Shown here piece by piece: positions 38,611 through 52,330 of a stretch of DNA of 64,000 nt. Position numbers and translations under genes: made by a program. The notes below the pieces were generated by a model, which did not search any database, was not told where the DNA came from, and saw only the letters and a program-made list of their open reading frames with translations. Source of the DNA: Dicyema japonicum (lineage: Eukaryota > Animalia > Dicyemida); NCBI GenBank assembly GCA_011109175.1, contig RDEW01000040.1, positions 372,001 through 436,000 on the forward strand, read 5' to 3'. Numbering within the stretch: the stretch's first letter is position 1; each line of letters begins with the position of its first letter.

Positions 38611-39337
38611 CGATAGGTTTGACCTTTTTGAACAATGTAATGGCGAAGGCATATTTTGGAAATGTGTGCGCTATTATAAAATTAAATGTCAGCCAAATTA
38701 CTCACTAAAAAAGACGTCATCTTTAAAAAAAGTCAATAAACACAATCTGGCTGGTGATGCTGCTTATGTTGAATCTAAAAGAATTACTAATGAGAAGGGA
38801 AACCGCAAAAGGTAAATTTTCTGAAAAATATCAAAAAAGCATTTTTTGTATTTTTACCTATAAAATTTAAACAAAATTAAAAATGTCTATAAAAATTTTT
38901 TGTTATAGAATAAATCAAATATTGATAGATACTATTGATTTAGAGTTGCGATCCTTAGAAAGAATTTTTAATAATAGTGAAATTGCTCGTTCGACTAAGA
39001 TTCGCATGTCACTTTTTTTTGAAGACGTTTGGTACATTGCAGCCTTAGATAATAAATTGGGTTACGGAGGTTCAATGGATTAGTATAGATCGATTTATCA
39101 ACCCTTTAAATGTCGAATATTTCTGAAAAAAAAATTTACTAATTTTTTAAGTTCTAGTTATTTTAACAGAAGCAATTAGATGACAAAGCAAATTCATCTT
39201 TTATTCAAAGAAAATGGACAAATAATTAAACTCATATTACGTGATTATTATTATAAATCCATTATGCTTTCAACCACAATTGCTAAACTATTAATATTCA
39301 TTTTAATATAAAAATAGAAATATTCGAATCTGTTTGA

Positions 39338-40491
<1,154 letters not shown>

Positions 40492-40649
40492 TAACTTAAT
40501 TAACCATTAACAACTCTAATATACTAAAACATAATTTATGAAATACATTATATAAACCACGTGATAACCATGTATTCCACGTGTCATGGAACTATTTTCT
40601 TACAAAACATCATAGTTGTTATTATATTATACGCATTTACGCTATGTCA

Positions 40650-40921
40650 TAGGACGTGACAAAGATCAAGAAGTAAGATTAGCCGCCGGGAAGTGAGATT
40701 AGCCTGAGCTCTCAGTGTTGGTATTCTATCCCGTTGGTTAATTTTGTTTCTTGAAGACATCCGAAGATACTTTGTATCTTGAGAGGTCCTCACAAAGTTT
40801 TTTTTCGAGGTACTTGAAAGCCCCTTGACATTGAATGTCGAAAGGTAGATGTCTAGTCCATGAATTCTGTGTTTTCCAGACATAATGTTTAAGAACCACG
40901 TCACCTGCGCAACCAAAAAAA
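40650..40921 (-). mobile_element. 5' fragment of a divergent RTE-like element
   Basis: ATG at 40883: MSGKHRIHGLDIYLSTFNVKGLSST (APE start); upstream T-tract-GGT..GGTGACGTG as in RTE copies A and B. Confidence 0.65.
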
Positions 40922-41039
40922 TTATATGAAATTTAACCTCTTTTCTGTTGGCTGTCCTAAATTATTTTCATTTTAACATAAATTTATTTTAGTAATTTAT
41001 TAAACCAAAATTATTGCTTTTTGTGAAAATGATCGTTAA

Positions 41040-41470
41040 TGTTTGACACCATACGTAGAAACAATCTATTGAAATGCGAGAAGAAACTGAATATATTGCA
41101 AAGTTTATGGGAAATATGGAAGAGTGGTACTCACCCGGTCCTGATGAACGTATACAAACAGTACATCGAGTCAGTTTTCTCAAATGCATGCGCCTCGTGA
41201 GGACCGTCTATATCATGGACAAATATAAGGAAAATCGAAGAATTCCAAAAGAGTACTTACAGATTCACGGAGCGTTGGGTTTGTGAAGATCACCGAACCG
41301 GACCGACCCCTCTGGAGGCCCTTATGAGACTAGACTCCAGATCACGGGAAGGTGGACCTGAAAAATTAGCCAGCCGTCCAGTACGTTCATTCGCGGACAC
41401 GAGTGAAGAACACCGGGGAAAGATGAGGTCACTGTTAGAATGCATCCTTATCACGTGATAATTAGTTTGG
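41040..41470 (+). mobile_element. I-like LINE RT C-terminal relic
   Basis: KCEKKLNILQSL..HPVLMNVYKQYIESVFSNAC; about 90 bp of it recurs at 36972-37065. Confidence 0.6.
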
Positions 41471-42029
41471 TTTACCATGATCTTGGGTTGTCAAATAAAT
41501 GCATAAGTGACTGAATAATTGAGACATTAACCTATATGGTTTCCGGCCTGACAGATCCGTTGGTGACTGTCTCCCTCCTCTAAACTCGAATGCTTTATTC
41601 CCCTGTCTCTTGTTTACAGATATGAAGGCTGATGCTACTACTCTAAGATAAACCAGATAATATCGCAGTTGGAAAAGACAAAAAGAGCAGCTATCAAACT
41701 TGAGCTAATGAGAGAGATTAATAAGGAGCCCAATATCGAACACTTGTGAAGAAGGAAATCCAAGATTCCTGAGGTTTAACAGCTAGAGAAGCAGATGTCA
41801 CATACTGTGTGGTCTTACAGTAGATCCATAAAACGGATTATAAGTCTTTTTTGCGATTTAGATTTAATTTTTAAATATTGACCGTCAAATACTGCAACTG
41901 TTTACGACCCTCAGGTTGCACCTCAAACGTGCAAATAAAGAGAGGTTATATTTAAACAGGAAGTCTTTTTGGAGGACTTACTTTAGTCACTTTAAAAAGT
42001 AAACTGATGTTCTTCCAGTTCCATAAAGA

Positions 42030-42557
42030 TCTGTAAGGCAGTCGACTATATGTTTGCGGAGGTCGGGGATTTTGCGAGTAATTAAATCAAGGAAATGACA
42101 TTTGGCTACAAACGCAGGATTTCTTTCTTCAAATATGGAATTGCTGACAAGGACAACGTGGATATTCAGTTCCTCAAGACCACCCATATTTGCTTGATAA
42201 AATTAATTGTAAAAAATTACATTCGTGCTCTTCAGATGCATGGAGGAACTCAACGTTGATGCAGAATCCAGTGGATGGTTATCAAAAAAAATATTGACCC
42301 AAGAAGTGAAGCAATGTGTTGCCTCTTGCAAGATAGGAATTTGTTTTTTTACGTCGGAGACATTATGTAACCATTGCAAGAAAAACAAAAAACGGTTGCC
42401 CACCTGACCACTAAACAGTGATTACGTCAGAAGACACAACGAAGTTGTAAAATGCTTACATCTCCATTTATGCAGAGTATATGGAATCATGAAGGCTAGA
42501 AAGTTGAAGGGCTATTCAGTTCAGTCGAGTCTATCCAGACAGAATGTTGAGATAAGG
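42030..42557 (+). mobile_element. R4-like C-terminal/RLE relic, broken at VEIR by a hexamer array
   Basis: LLQDRNLFF, CNHCKK, DYVRRHNEVVKCLHLHLCRVYG..SVQS..VEIR, collinear with 32972-33125. Confidence 0.8.
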
Positions 42558-42915
42558 TTAGAGATAGACTTAGGGTTAGTGATCGACCTTGGATTAGGCA
42601 TAGATATAGGAATAAACTTAGGGTTAGAGATAGACTTATGGTTAGTGATCGACCTTGGATTAGGCATAGATATAGGAATAAACATAGGGTTAGAGATAGA
42701 CTTAGGGTCAGTGATCGACCTTGGATTAGGCATAGATATAGGAATAGACATAGGGTTAAAGATAGACTGGGGGTTAGGCATAGATATAGGAATAGACATA
42801 GGGTTAAAGATAGACTGGGGGTTAGGCATAGATATAGGAATAGACATAGGGTTAGAGATAGACTTAGGGTTAGTCAACGACCTTGGATTAGGCAGTGTGA
42901 TCGACCTTGGATTAG
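42552..42915. repeat. Degenerate TTAGGG-like hexamer minisatellite with 66-nt and 48-nt higher-order units
   Basis: ttaggg ttagag atagac ttaggg ttagtg atcgac cttgga ttaggc atagat atagga ataaac (11 hexamers) repeated about 3 times, then an 8-hexamer unit. Confidence 0.92.
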
Positions 42916-44278
42916 CGAACGAAAGGACTCAAAGCAACAGACATAATTTCTGTGTCCATCAACACATGCAGAATTCCTGCACTATAGAAAAAATCCAAAA
43001 TAATCCCAATCCTGAAGCCCAAGAAAAATCCTTCAAATCCGGGATCTTTCAGACCAATTTCACTACTATCTGTAGTATCGAAAGTTGTTGAACGTGTAGT
43101 ACTGAAACTAATATCTAAGTATCTTCCTTTCCCTGATTTTCAACATGGCTTTCGTCGACAATACTCAACATTAGCACATCTACCCTAACTCAATATATCG
43201 CTGATGGATTAACAATTATAATCCTCCCAAACGGACTATCCTCGCATCGATCGACCTAACCAAGACGTTCGATCGAACACCAAGGCGCGTGCTAAGTAAC
43301 AAAATTCTTGTATCTGGAATTCTTCCACGTCTTCAGAATTGGTTAACAAATTTCCTCTCTGGAAGAATTGGTCGAGCTGAAATTGTGTCATGTCTATCTC
43401 ATTACAGACTCCTTCCAAATGGAGTTCCCCAAGGCTCCGTTTTATCACGACACTCCAATCAACCTCCAATCAATTCCAAGACACTTCTATTGTATGCGGA
43501 TCAAATGATTGTTGCCTCTAAAGACATAGACGTTAACGAAGCAACGAAGGATGTTCAGATCCACTTGAACACTCTTGAAGAGTGGCTTGGAGCAAACCAC
43601 CTATCCCCCTCTCTATCGAAATCCACCGTCACTGTATTCACGTCCAACCGCCGCCAACTAAATTTTCAACCAATTTTAACAATTCATGGACAACCACTCA
43701 CCGTTACGAAACATCCCAAAATACTTGGAGTTATTTATGACCAACTACTAACTTTCTCTAAACATGTGGAGGAACAATATACAAAGGTTTCTCACAAGAT
43801 CAACATACTTAAAGATGTGTCAGGCCATTCCTTTGGCCAAAGCAAAGGAGCCCTAATCAGCATAAACAATTCATTCGAACAACTATTAACTATGCAAGCC
43901 CTTGCTGGTCAACCTCTGCCTCTCTTACTTCTATTGACAAACTACAAAAAGTACAAAACATCGCGCACAGGATAATTACTGGATGTCTCATATCAACTCA
44001 TGTCGATCATCTACATTGGGAATCAAAGATCCTTCCAACTCGTCTACGATGTGGACACCACCCATATCTACCAACATATGATATACTCTGCCCCTTTTGC
44101 AACCTCCACGTGCTGACAACCAATCACCTATTTCAATGTCATGAATTTGTTACAACGTTTCTCCACAATGCCGGAACTGACCGATCTATGGGAGCGACCA
44201 ACATCTGGTGCGTCCTACTTAATAGCTGCTGGCCTCCTACAAGTTAGTGAGGCTGGGGTTACTTAACTAACTAACTAG
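42916..44278 (+). mobile_element. 5'-truncated I/ingi-like LINE with (TAAC)n tail, inserted in the hexamer array
   Basis: KSKIIPILKP..FRPISLL, FQHGFR, SIDLTKTFD, GVPQGSVLS, LYADQM, PKILGVIYD; tail TTAACTAACTAACTA at ~44263-44277. Confidence 0.85.
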
Positions 44279-44361
44279 GAATAGACTTATGGTTAGAGAT
44301 AGACTTGGGATTAGGGATCGACCTTGGATTAGACATAGATATAGGAATATACTTAGGGTTA
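44275..44361. repeat. Continuation of the hexamer minisatellite
   Basis: atagac ttatgg ttagag atagac ttggga ttaggg atcgac cttgga ttagac atagat atagga atatac ttaggg. Confidence 0.88.
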
Positions 44362-44929
44362 TAATAAGGAATGTGTTTTAAAGACTGAAATATGCTGCCT
44401 GAAGACAGAATAAGTGTCTAAGCACTATGGTACGACTCAAGTAATAAAAAGCATATGTAGCCATTTGTCTTTCCCAATTTCTTTTTTAATAAACTTTCCG
44501 GTATTGGTAACAAATAAATGCTTCTAATCTCATAGACTATTCTTCATCACATTCTTAATCATTAACAAATCGACTCCTGGTCCTTAATGTCTTTAAAAAT
44601 GTGAATGTTCCCATTTATTCGACTGAAAGCCACAAAAGTCGTATTATTGATATTAAAAATTAAAATTGTTAGAGACTTTGGGAGCCCCAGATGAGGAAGG
44701 TTGGTTTGAAAAAAGCTTGGGTATAATTAATATTACATAAAATCCCATTCGTAGTCCTGCAAGATGAACTCAAATGTGCTTTGAGAAGAGTACTGCGAAA
44801 GGGATGTCTAGAATGACGCGATGGCTCTTCCAGAACATTGGGCTCGTGTAACACCCATCACGTGCTCAATGTCTAATGGAGACTTTGTCACAACAACTAA
44901 CTTTATTGATTTTGTTATGGAGACCAACT

Positions 44930-45260
44930 TGATGAGCCAGTCATCAAGACTTCTGAGAAAGGTAATACATCCGAGTGTCTTGAAGAAGATCAGGGACTTA
45001 CTTCTTATCGCGCGGAAGTATATCGGCCAAGGAGTCCTCTATACTTCTTTTCTTTAGCACTCTCTTTTTTATCTGCGGCAGAAACTGCCTTTACCGCCTT
45101 CCTGATGATGTTGGTTGGGGACAGAGAGCCGACACATGTTGCATTCAAAACTATCGGTTTCCCTCCTCGAACGGAAAATTATTACTTCGTCCGGTCTCTT
45201 TCAATCTCCCGAGTCCAGGCCAGTGAGTTCAGTATGGAAGGGTGTCCACCAGTGTTTCAC
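44930..45260 (-). mobile_element. CRE-like RLE endonuclease relic
   Basis: TGLDSGD*KRPDEVIIFPFEEGKPIVLNATC..ESAKERKY. Confidence 0.65.
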
Positions 45261-45307
45261 ATCATTAATATTACAATCATTTTATAAATGAACTAACAAT
45301 CAGATAA

Positions 45308-47026
45308 CTAAGAGAACGCAGATTTCATCATTTCCTGCAATTTTTTCAATCTTTCATCAACGTCCTCCAATTGAACAACTCTATCTCTCCTAGTCGAGGT
45401 CGTCGCTGTCAAATGAGCAAGATTACAACCAGAATCACAATCGAATGAAAAGTCGCTGTACTCCTCATACTTGTCTACTTTTCGTTTGTTGATATGCTTG
45501 GGGGTCACGTAATTTTTATTCCAACTAAAATAATTAACTCCCGATCCCTGTTAAATGACCTTTGACCGTTTTCAGACCGGTATTTCTGCTTACTGGAGGT
45601 ACCCCTGCTGATTTCATCGTCAGATACTACACTTGAGGCAGCTTCACAGTTATTGGTTAATCAAAGTACCCGAAGAAGGTCTTGGGGGATAATTCAAACG
45701 ACCAGAGTCCACTGAAGAAGTTCGACTAGATAGTTTCTCTTTGATTTTTTCGGTGCTATTAATATACTTGGAACTAAAACCGTAATTTCTTTGTGAACTC
45801 CTCTTTCCGCCGTTTTTCGTCGATATAAGCTGTTGGATTAAATCTTCGAGGGGATGACCGTATAGAAGAGGTACATCTTTGGGGACAGGAACGACCATAG
45901 ACTTTAAAGCTACTTTAATATGTCTAAGAATTTTGCCTCACTTATTTTCGGGGTCAGAAAAAGCCTTAGACGGTATCTTGATCTTCCGTGGTTTTGAGCA
46001 TGGCGGAAGATAGTTGTTTAAAGAGTTTCTTTTCGGCCTACGATAATGGATTCACTCACTTTTTGTAAAAGGCGAGTTCACCAACTAACGTCCGAACTCT
46101 TACTTTAAGGGAACTCTCTGAATCTCGAAGACGTTGAAGCTAAATTCACGGATTTAACGGAACTTCGTCGATAAGTTTGCTATGCTTGTTTCTCTCCGTA
46201 ATTTCGACTCTTCTGTGTTTACTTTTTAAAGTATTGAGCTCTTTCTCTAGGAAGATCACTTGGTCATGAAGTCTCTCGTTTTCGTCCCCTGTTCTCCCCA
46301 CAGTAGTTCGTCGACGCTTGTGCAGAGCAAGTTCTTCGCGGAGACTGTCACGTTCCTTGCGCAGATTTTCACAGCTTGGCTTAAAATGATAACTACATGA
46401 CGAGGAGTTCTTCGGCTGTTTTGCTGGAATCCTTGACACAAGTCTAAATGAAGGAGCTATTTACGTTTTTAAGTGTTTTTATCTCCGCTTTGAGTTCTCT
46501 GATCTTATTTTGTTGGTCGACCACATTTGGTTTCCCAATATGAGATAACGGCAGTGGGTACTGAATCCTGACAGTTTACAAATTAAAAACTTGTCAAATT
46601 CTGCTGTGTAGACCAATATTAAATACTTCCTTTCGTTTTCTTCAGTGTGCGGTCTTTGGGAGTTTAATTCTGAAATATCCGCAGAATTTTCCCGCTTCAT
46701 CGCTTTCAAGTCGGAAAAGTTTAAGAGACGAATAGTAACAGACGAATTTTCCTGAAATAACCACTTAAGGACCTTCTCGAAAGCGTTTATCAGCATTTTA
46801 TAGAAAGTTTCAAAACTTTTGAAGTTTCCAGTTCTCTTGGTAAGATTTTCAATATCTACTATAAATTCCCGCTTATACATCGAGCATTAAACGAACTATT
46901 CCATTGATTAGCCGAATCAACGTCCTCGATTAATAATTCAAATTCTTGCTTATCACCAAACAGTCGAATAGTGAAAGAGTAATCACTTCCACCGAACCTC
47001 TGATAATACACGTGCTCATTCTCCAT
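45308..47026 (-). CDS. CCDC61: CCDC61 (VFL3), SAS-6-like centriole/basal-body protein; about 12 exons
   Basis: Spliced: WNSSFNARYIENLTKRTGNFKSF, RKYLILVYTAEFDKIQYPLPL, coiled coil, RFNPTAYIDEKRRK, DVDERLKKLQEMM. Ten introns parsed (23,21,23,21,22,24,22,29,25,28 nt); the last junction is unresolved. Confidence 0.92.
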
Positions 47027-47125
47027 TCTTATAATACCAAGTAAGGAAACTTGTGTTGTCTTAGCAACTTAATTAATAGACAAATTAAAAATATAAAAAT
47101 TATAATCTGTCAATGGACATAAAAA

Positions 47126-48982
47126 TCATATTGGGGGACCATATTTTTCAATTTTCTTAAAGAGTTCCCTGGCTGCATTCAACCTCTTCAGACTCTCAGG
47201 GGTGAACAGAATGTGTCTCCCATAAGAAGTAACAGGATTCTGACTGCGCAAACAGGCCAGCAAGTAACGCTTCATGAACCGGCAGAATTTTTTATTACCA
47301 GCAGCATCCTCATCAGTACATCCTGAGGAGGAGTTCAAAGAACTAGAGCTTTGAGTAAAGAATCTTCTCAGCAAGTCGTCACTAAAGTCGAATGTTCGAT
47401 TGTTGGAAGATAAGGTTTTTTTAGAGAATAATTTTCTCTTATAAGAGGATGAGGACAGTCCAGAGTCAGACTGGGAACTGAATGTAAAGTTAACAATCGG
47501 CATTGGCAGAGTTATTCCATGGTTTGGCATCCCACTTATTAAAGTCCTCGAAATGTTCTTCTTCTTTCTCAACTTCATAAAATGCTCTTTTACGTCGGAT
47601 CGTTTCATATTTTTATCAGAAGGAAGTTTTTGGAGGCACCTATCAGCGAGAATTTTAAGTTCTTTCCGTGTAGGAGGAAGTGAATGGACAAAATATGGAC
47701 ATTTTTGATGTTCGGAAACGAGGGATTCCAAATCTGGTTTGTCAGTAGATTCGGTGAAAAATTCATCAATAAAGAAAGAGTCGTCTTGGAAGGGGGAAGT
47801 TTGATGAAGTAGTTCGATCAAGTTCAGTTCAGAGGCTGTATATTGAGAGTCCAACATAGCCATAGTCTTGCCAACCTCCCTGGGAGACAGGTTGGATGAA
47901 CACGTGTCCAGCAAAGTGTTATCATCAAAGATCCCAGCAAATGCAGGGACGTCCATTCTGTCGGATATCAAATATTCAGCCAATTTATCGTCAGCCAAGT
48001 CGTCCAAAGATTTGAATCGTTTTAGTACAGGGAATTCATCCCCCTCCTCTTCTGGAAAGCCACACGTGAGGTAGTCAATCAATGTAGACTCCAGACGGTA
48101 CCCAATGTCGTCGAAATTAGGTCTTCTCTCCATGTCCATGTGACAGGAGAGGAAGGCCAACGTAAGGAATGTAACTGGACAATCTTCGACCATTTCTCCA
48201 ATCTTGATGTAATCCACCCCGTAGTTTCGAGTCCGTGGGAGATTGTCGGGGTCGTTGTCACACCGTAAGATCAGTTCACAGAGAATGATTCCAAAAGAAA
48301 AGACATCAGCCTTCTGGTTATAGTACTCTCCCCTTATACTTTCGGGAGATCTGCAAAATGGGGTCCCTACTGATTGCAGGATTTTTCCATTTCTAAAAAT
48401 GAGCTCTTAGTTACTTTGGAATCCTTGCAGACAGTCCAAAGTCAGAGACAACCGCACTCACGTAATTTTGTTGAATTTTGATAAGAATATTCTAAAATTT
48501 GACCACGTGAGTACCAGAGAAGTCAAATCTCGATGAAGGTACCCCATCTTATTAATGTGGCTCATTCCATTGGCAATGTCCATGGCCAGTTTTATTCTAG
48601 TACACCATGGTAGAATATTGTCTTCGTCCTTTATGTAGTTTTGTAAGGACCCCCCATTAGCGTACTCCATTACAATGCTGAGTTGTCCCCCATCAATGAT
48701 TACTCCACAAGCTTTGATGATGTTCGGGTGACTGAATTTCAACATAATTTCGATCTCCTTTGTCATAATTGGTTGTTCAATACGCTTTTTGGGTTGTTTG
48801 ATCACCATCACGTGGCCAGACTCGATGTGGACAGCCTGTATTAGATAAATATCAACTTTAAGAACATCAGCGAACCCCCCCGAAGCGAGAACTTGACAAT
48901 CAAAATCTTCAAAGTGATAGAGAGTGGAGACGGCAGCTATCAAGGCGAAAGAACTGGATTTCTTAAGATAATGTTTTTTCAT
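47126..48982 (-). CDS. TESK: TESK-family (LIMK/TESK) protein kinase; 4 exons
   Basis: ALIAAVSTL N-terminus with no LIM/PDZ; MVIK; HPNI; EYANGGSL; HRDLTSL|N; DFGL; KADVFSFGIILCELI..DPDNLPRT..DCP. Introns of 21, 23 and 22 nt; long Ser/acidic tail. Confidence 0.92.
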
Positions 48983-50815
48983 AAGACCATTTCATTTAAA
49001 TAACCTCTAGAATATTTATTTAATACTTTATTAAAAATTATTTAAATTTATTAATATAAATTGAATTAATGTTAATTCAAAATAATATACTAACTATTGT
49101 ATTTCACTTAAGTTACAGCTTGCTTACCTCTTTCATTTAATTGCTTTCAATTTTGAGTTTTTAGTTGTTTTGACTTAACTGGTTTGAAAGAGGAAAAGTT
49201 TACACTTAGCGTCACTCATTAATGTACGCATTGAGAATTTTCAGAATTGTAATTTGATTTAAATATTATTGATTCTTTTGTAAAATTATAAAGTTTAATT
49301 GATATTTATTAACTGGTTAATTTACGGATAAAATTAATCAACTTAATCTATTAATGCGATAAATTTTAAATATTTTGCATTTTTAGTAAAAAAAATTTAC
49401 AGTTGACTGAAGAAAATTGTCGTGGTTCAATTCTGAGAGTAGTGGAGGGATTTCCACCTAAGAATAAGCGGAAAAAATTAAAAATATAAAGGGATCCTCG
49501 GCGATACAAAGGGATCCTGTCGAGATGAATAGGCGGATAAAAAAATTTGTCTTTCTTCAAGAGCCTAAGACATCTGGATACACAAGCGTCCTCGAATACC
49601 TGTGGCTCTTCCGATCGATCTAGAGAGACTAGTCCGCGGGGGATCTTGTATAGTACTATCAAGATTGTGGTTTTTACCACAGATCGATGTAACTGATTAG
49701 TCACCATACCTGATTCGTTTGGTTTGATTGCAAAGTCTATGAGGAAGGAAGATTCCTTCTGAATGTTCGGTCATGGGCAACATCCTGTTTCATAGTATGC
49801 AGAGTTCCCTGTTGTTTGCGGTTGATAGACTGAAAGCACACATGTGTACTTTACCTCCTGGATAAGTTACATTGTAACCCACGAGATTAGTAAGGTGTAG
49901 AAAGGTCAGTTGCACTATAGAGAAATAGATTTTCGATAATTGAAAGTTTACGCTTCATGTAAATGCTTTCCCGATGACCACACTGAGCTGGTTTGGGGAC
50001 ATGCCTCAGGGTTAACCAGAAATGACTGAAAATATTGCTTCCGTCTTTCACGGTTTTTAAACCCAAAGAAGATAAGAAATTGTTTAAACAAATAGTGCCA
50101 CCCATTTCCCTCAATGTTCATTTAAGGTTCTCATCATTCTTTGTACGAAAATTTAAAAGCGTGTCTTTTTGTGCACCTCAATATTCTATGGTTTCAACAA
50201 AATCAGTCATTTCGGTCCACAGAGGCTAGGAAATTGACAAAGAAGAAAATGAAGATTTATTTTAAGGGGTCATTTTCGCTTATTTAATAACCCCTAATAT
50301 ACCGGGAAGTGGTTGAGTTAATTAACATCTAATTAAGCTATATTCTGTTCACATGGTAGGTGTGAGACGCATCCTTTAAAAAATCACATCCATCCATATT
50401 CGCAGGAACCCCCACCTGAGTAGGACAAAGAGAAATCACTTTTTGATGCCAACCAGCAATTGAGTATCTCCTGAGTTGAATAGACACTAGATGCCCCTAA
50501 GGAACTTAAGAAGGTAAAGAGCGGAACAGAAACCTTCGACCAAGTAGGTAACCACGTCTGGTAACTAAACCATTTCCCCCTACATGTGCTGCAATGCTCA
50601 GATGCACAATATATAGTAAAGTCTCACAAAAATTGACACTTAAAAAGTAGTATACTTAAAGGATTGCGGAAGGGTAAGCCTAGATGACTCTTCCAGATCA
50701 TTGGAGTCGCGATCATGGTAGTAATGGAGACCTTGTCATAACAACTAACTTTGTTAACAATTATCATAATTATTCACTAAAAAATGAAAAAAAATTAAGT
50801 ATCATTAAAGAACGT

Positions 50816-51886
50816 TCACATACCCACCACCTCTCTGACCTGAGTCATCGTCTCATCAGCAATGACCTCCGCCTTTTGTTTACCAATTTTAAAGACTTTA
50901 TCAAGATAGTCCAAATCACCCAACAATCTTTTATATTCTTCCCTCCGAGGTTTCAGCACTTCTATTACGTCTTCAGTCATCTTTTCTTTAAATTTCATAA
51001 TATTCGCCCCCTTGAAATCATCGACAATTTGTTCCCGACTTTTATTGAGTAGGACAGAATAAATTTCAATTAAATTTGAGACTCCTGGTCTACTCTCCAC
51101 GTCATAACTTATTAGGCCAGACTGGGAGTCAGTGACAGCAGACTGGATCTTCTCTTTGATAGTCTTTGGGTCGTCGAATAGATTGAGCACTGACTTTGGA
51201 TTCTTGTCTGATTTACTCATTTTGGAGATTCCATCCCTCAAGCTTTTTATTTTTGAGTGACTCCCATATTTCCCGATTGAAAAGTCGCAGTTGAATACTC
51301 TGCAATTAAATATCTCATTGAAAGCACGTGAAGCGTATCCAACCAGTTCCACGTGTTGTCTTTGATCGTCTCCGACGGGTACTTTTTGTGGCCTTTAATG
51401 AGATCGCCTTCACCTGTATAGCAAAATATCTGCCACCATGAGGAGTGGATACCCACAAAGTGCAAGCGTCTGGGGGAGTCTCTTGGATTTCTCCTAAAAA
51501 GATATCATAAAGAGTAATACTTTGTAGTGGGACATTCCAGTCAGACGGGAGACGTTGACTACAGTAGAAAGAATCCAGAAGAGTTCCAAATGTTCTTTAA
51601 CCTTTAATGTTAAAACTTAATGAACATCGCTCTGTCTGTATAAGACACACTTTTTGGGGGATATCCCAAAGGCAAGCAAGCCGGCTAAAGTTTCGTATAT
51701 ATTGAATTTATAATTGACGGTTTTATTGTAGGACGTGAGTCCGTGAAGATCGGCTATTCCAAGAATCAAGTCAGAATTGTCTTGAAGGGAGATACATTGA
51801 TGAATTGCTCCACAATAATTTCCTACATGAAGTTTTCCCGATGGCTGTATTGCTGAGTAGACACGAGCAAGTTTATTTAAACACAT
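50816..51886 (-). CDS. WARS2: Mitochondrial (bacterial-type) tryptophanyl-tRNA synthetase; 4 exons
   Basis: SAIQPSGKLHVGNY (HIGH), IADLH, RQSD|V.EH, YPLLMVADILLY, VPVGDDQRQH, KMSKS, RPGVSNL. Introns of 24, 27 and 21 nt. Confidence 0.95.
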
Positions 51887-52029
51887 TTTATTATTAATGG
51901 AAATTAATTTTAAGATTAATTAAATTTGATATTTTCATATTATTTAAAAATGTTTCAATTGACCAGGTATATTAGCATAACGACGTTGTAGCATATGAGG
52001 TTTATTCTTTGCTTGGACAAATGTTTTGA

Positions 52030-52305
52030 AGATCGGAGCTAGCCAAAAAGAGCTAAAATTACGGAACAATTGACTTTATTTTTAAAATCTTTGAGCACAA
52101 ATTTTGCTGATGAATAATACAATGAAAGTGATAAATGAAGACCAGGGATTTAACTTTTCAATTTCAGCTCGAAATTTGGCAGCAACAACAGCATGTCGTC
52201 CAACCATATTCGGAGCACCAGTGGTGCACAAACATACAAGTTTCTTTAAATCAAAGCCATAGTCAAAGAGAATTTGTAGTAGTTTTACAGATATCTTTAG
52301 TTGTA
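52030..52305 (-). mobile_element. hAT (SPIN/GTF2IRD2-like) transposase relic
   Basis: LKKLVCLCTTGAPNMVG and, after a frameshift, CIIHQQNLCSK (CxxH motif). Confidence 0.75.
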
Positions 52306-52330
52306 GCTTAGAAGTTACTTTCAACCCCAG

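Noticed and set aside
41425-41465. GKD..VRMHPYHVI resembling ribosomal protein L10 (GKD..VRLHPFHVI)
   Set aside because: There is an in-frame stop just upstream and no flanking similarity, and it lies in a LINE relic. Treated as coincidence.
42489-43091. 200-aa ORF with LGLEID/LGLGID repeats resembling a hexapeptide beta-solenoid
   Set aside because: The frame is open because TTAGGG-like hexamers read as LG/ID dipeptides, and the opposite strand is open too. Both ends are transposon sequence.
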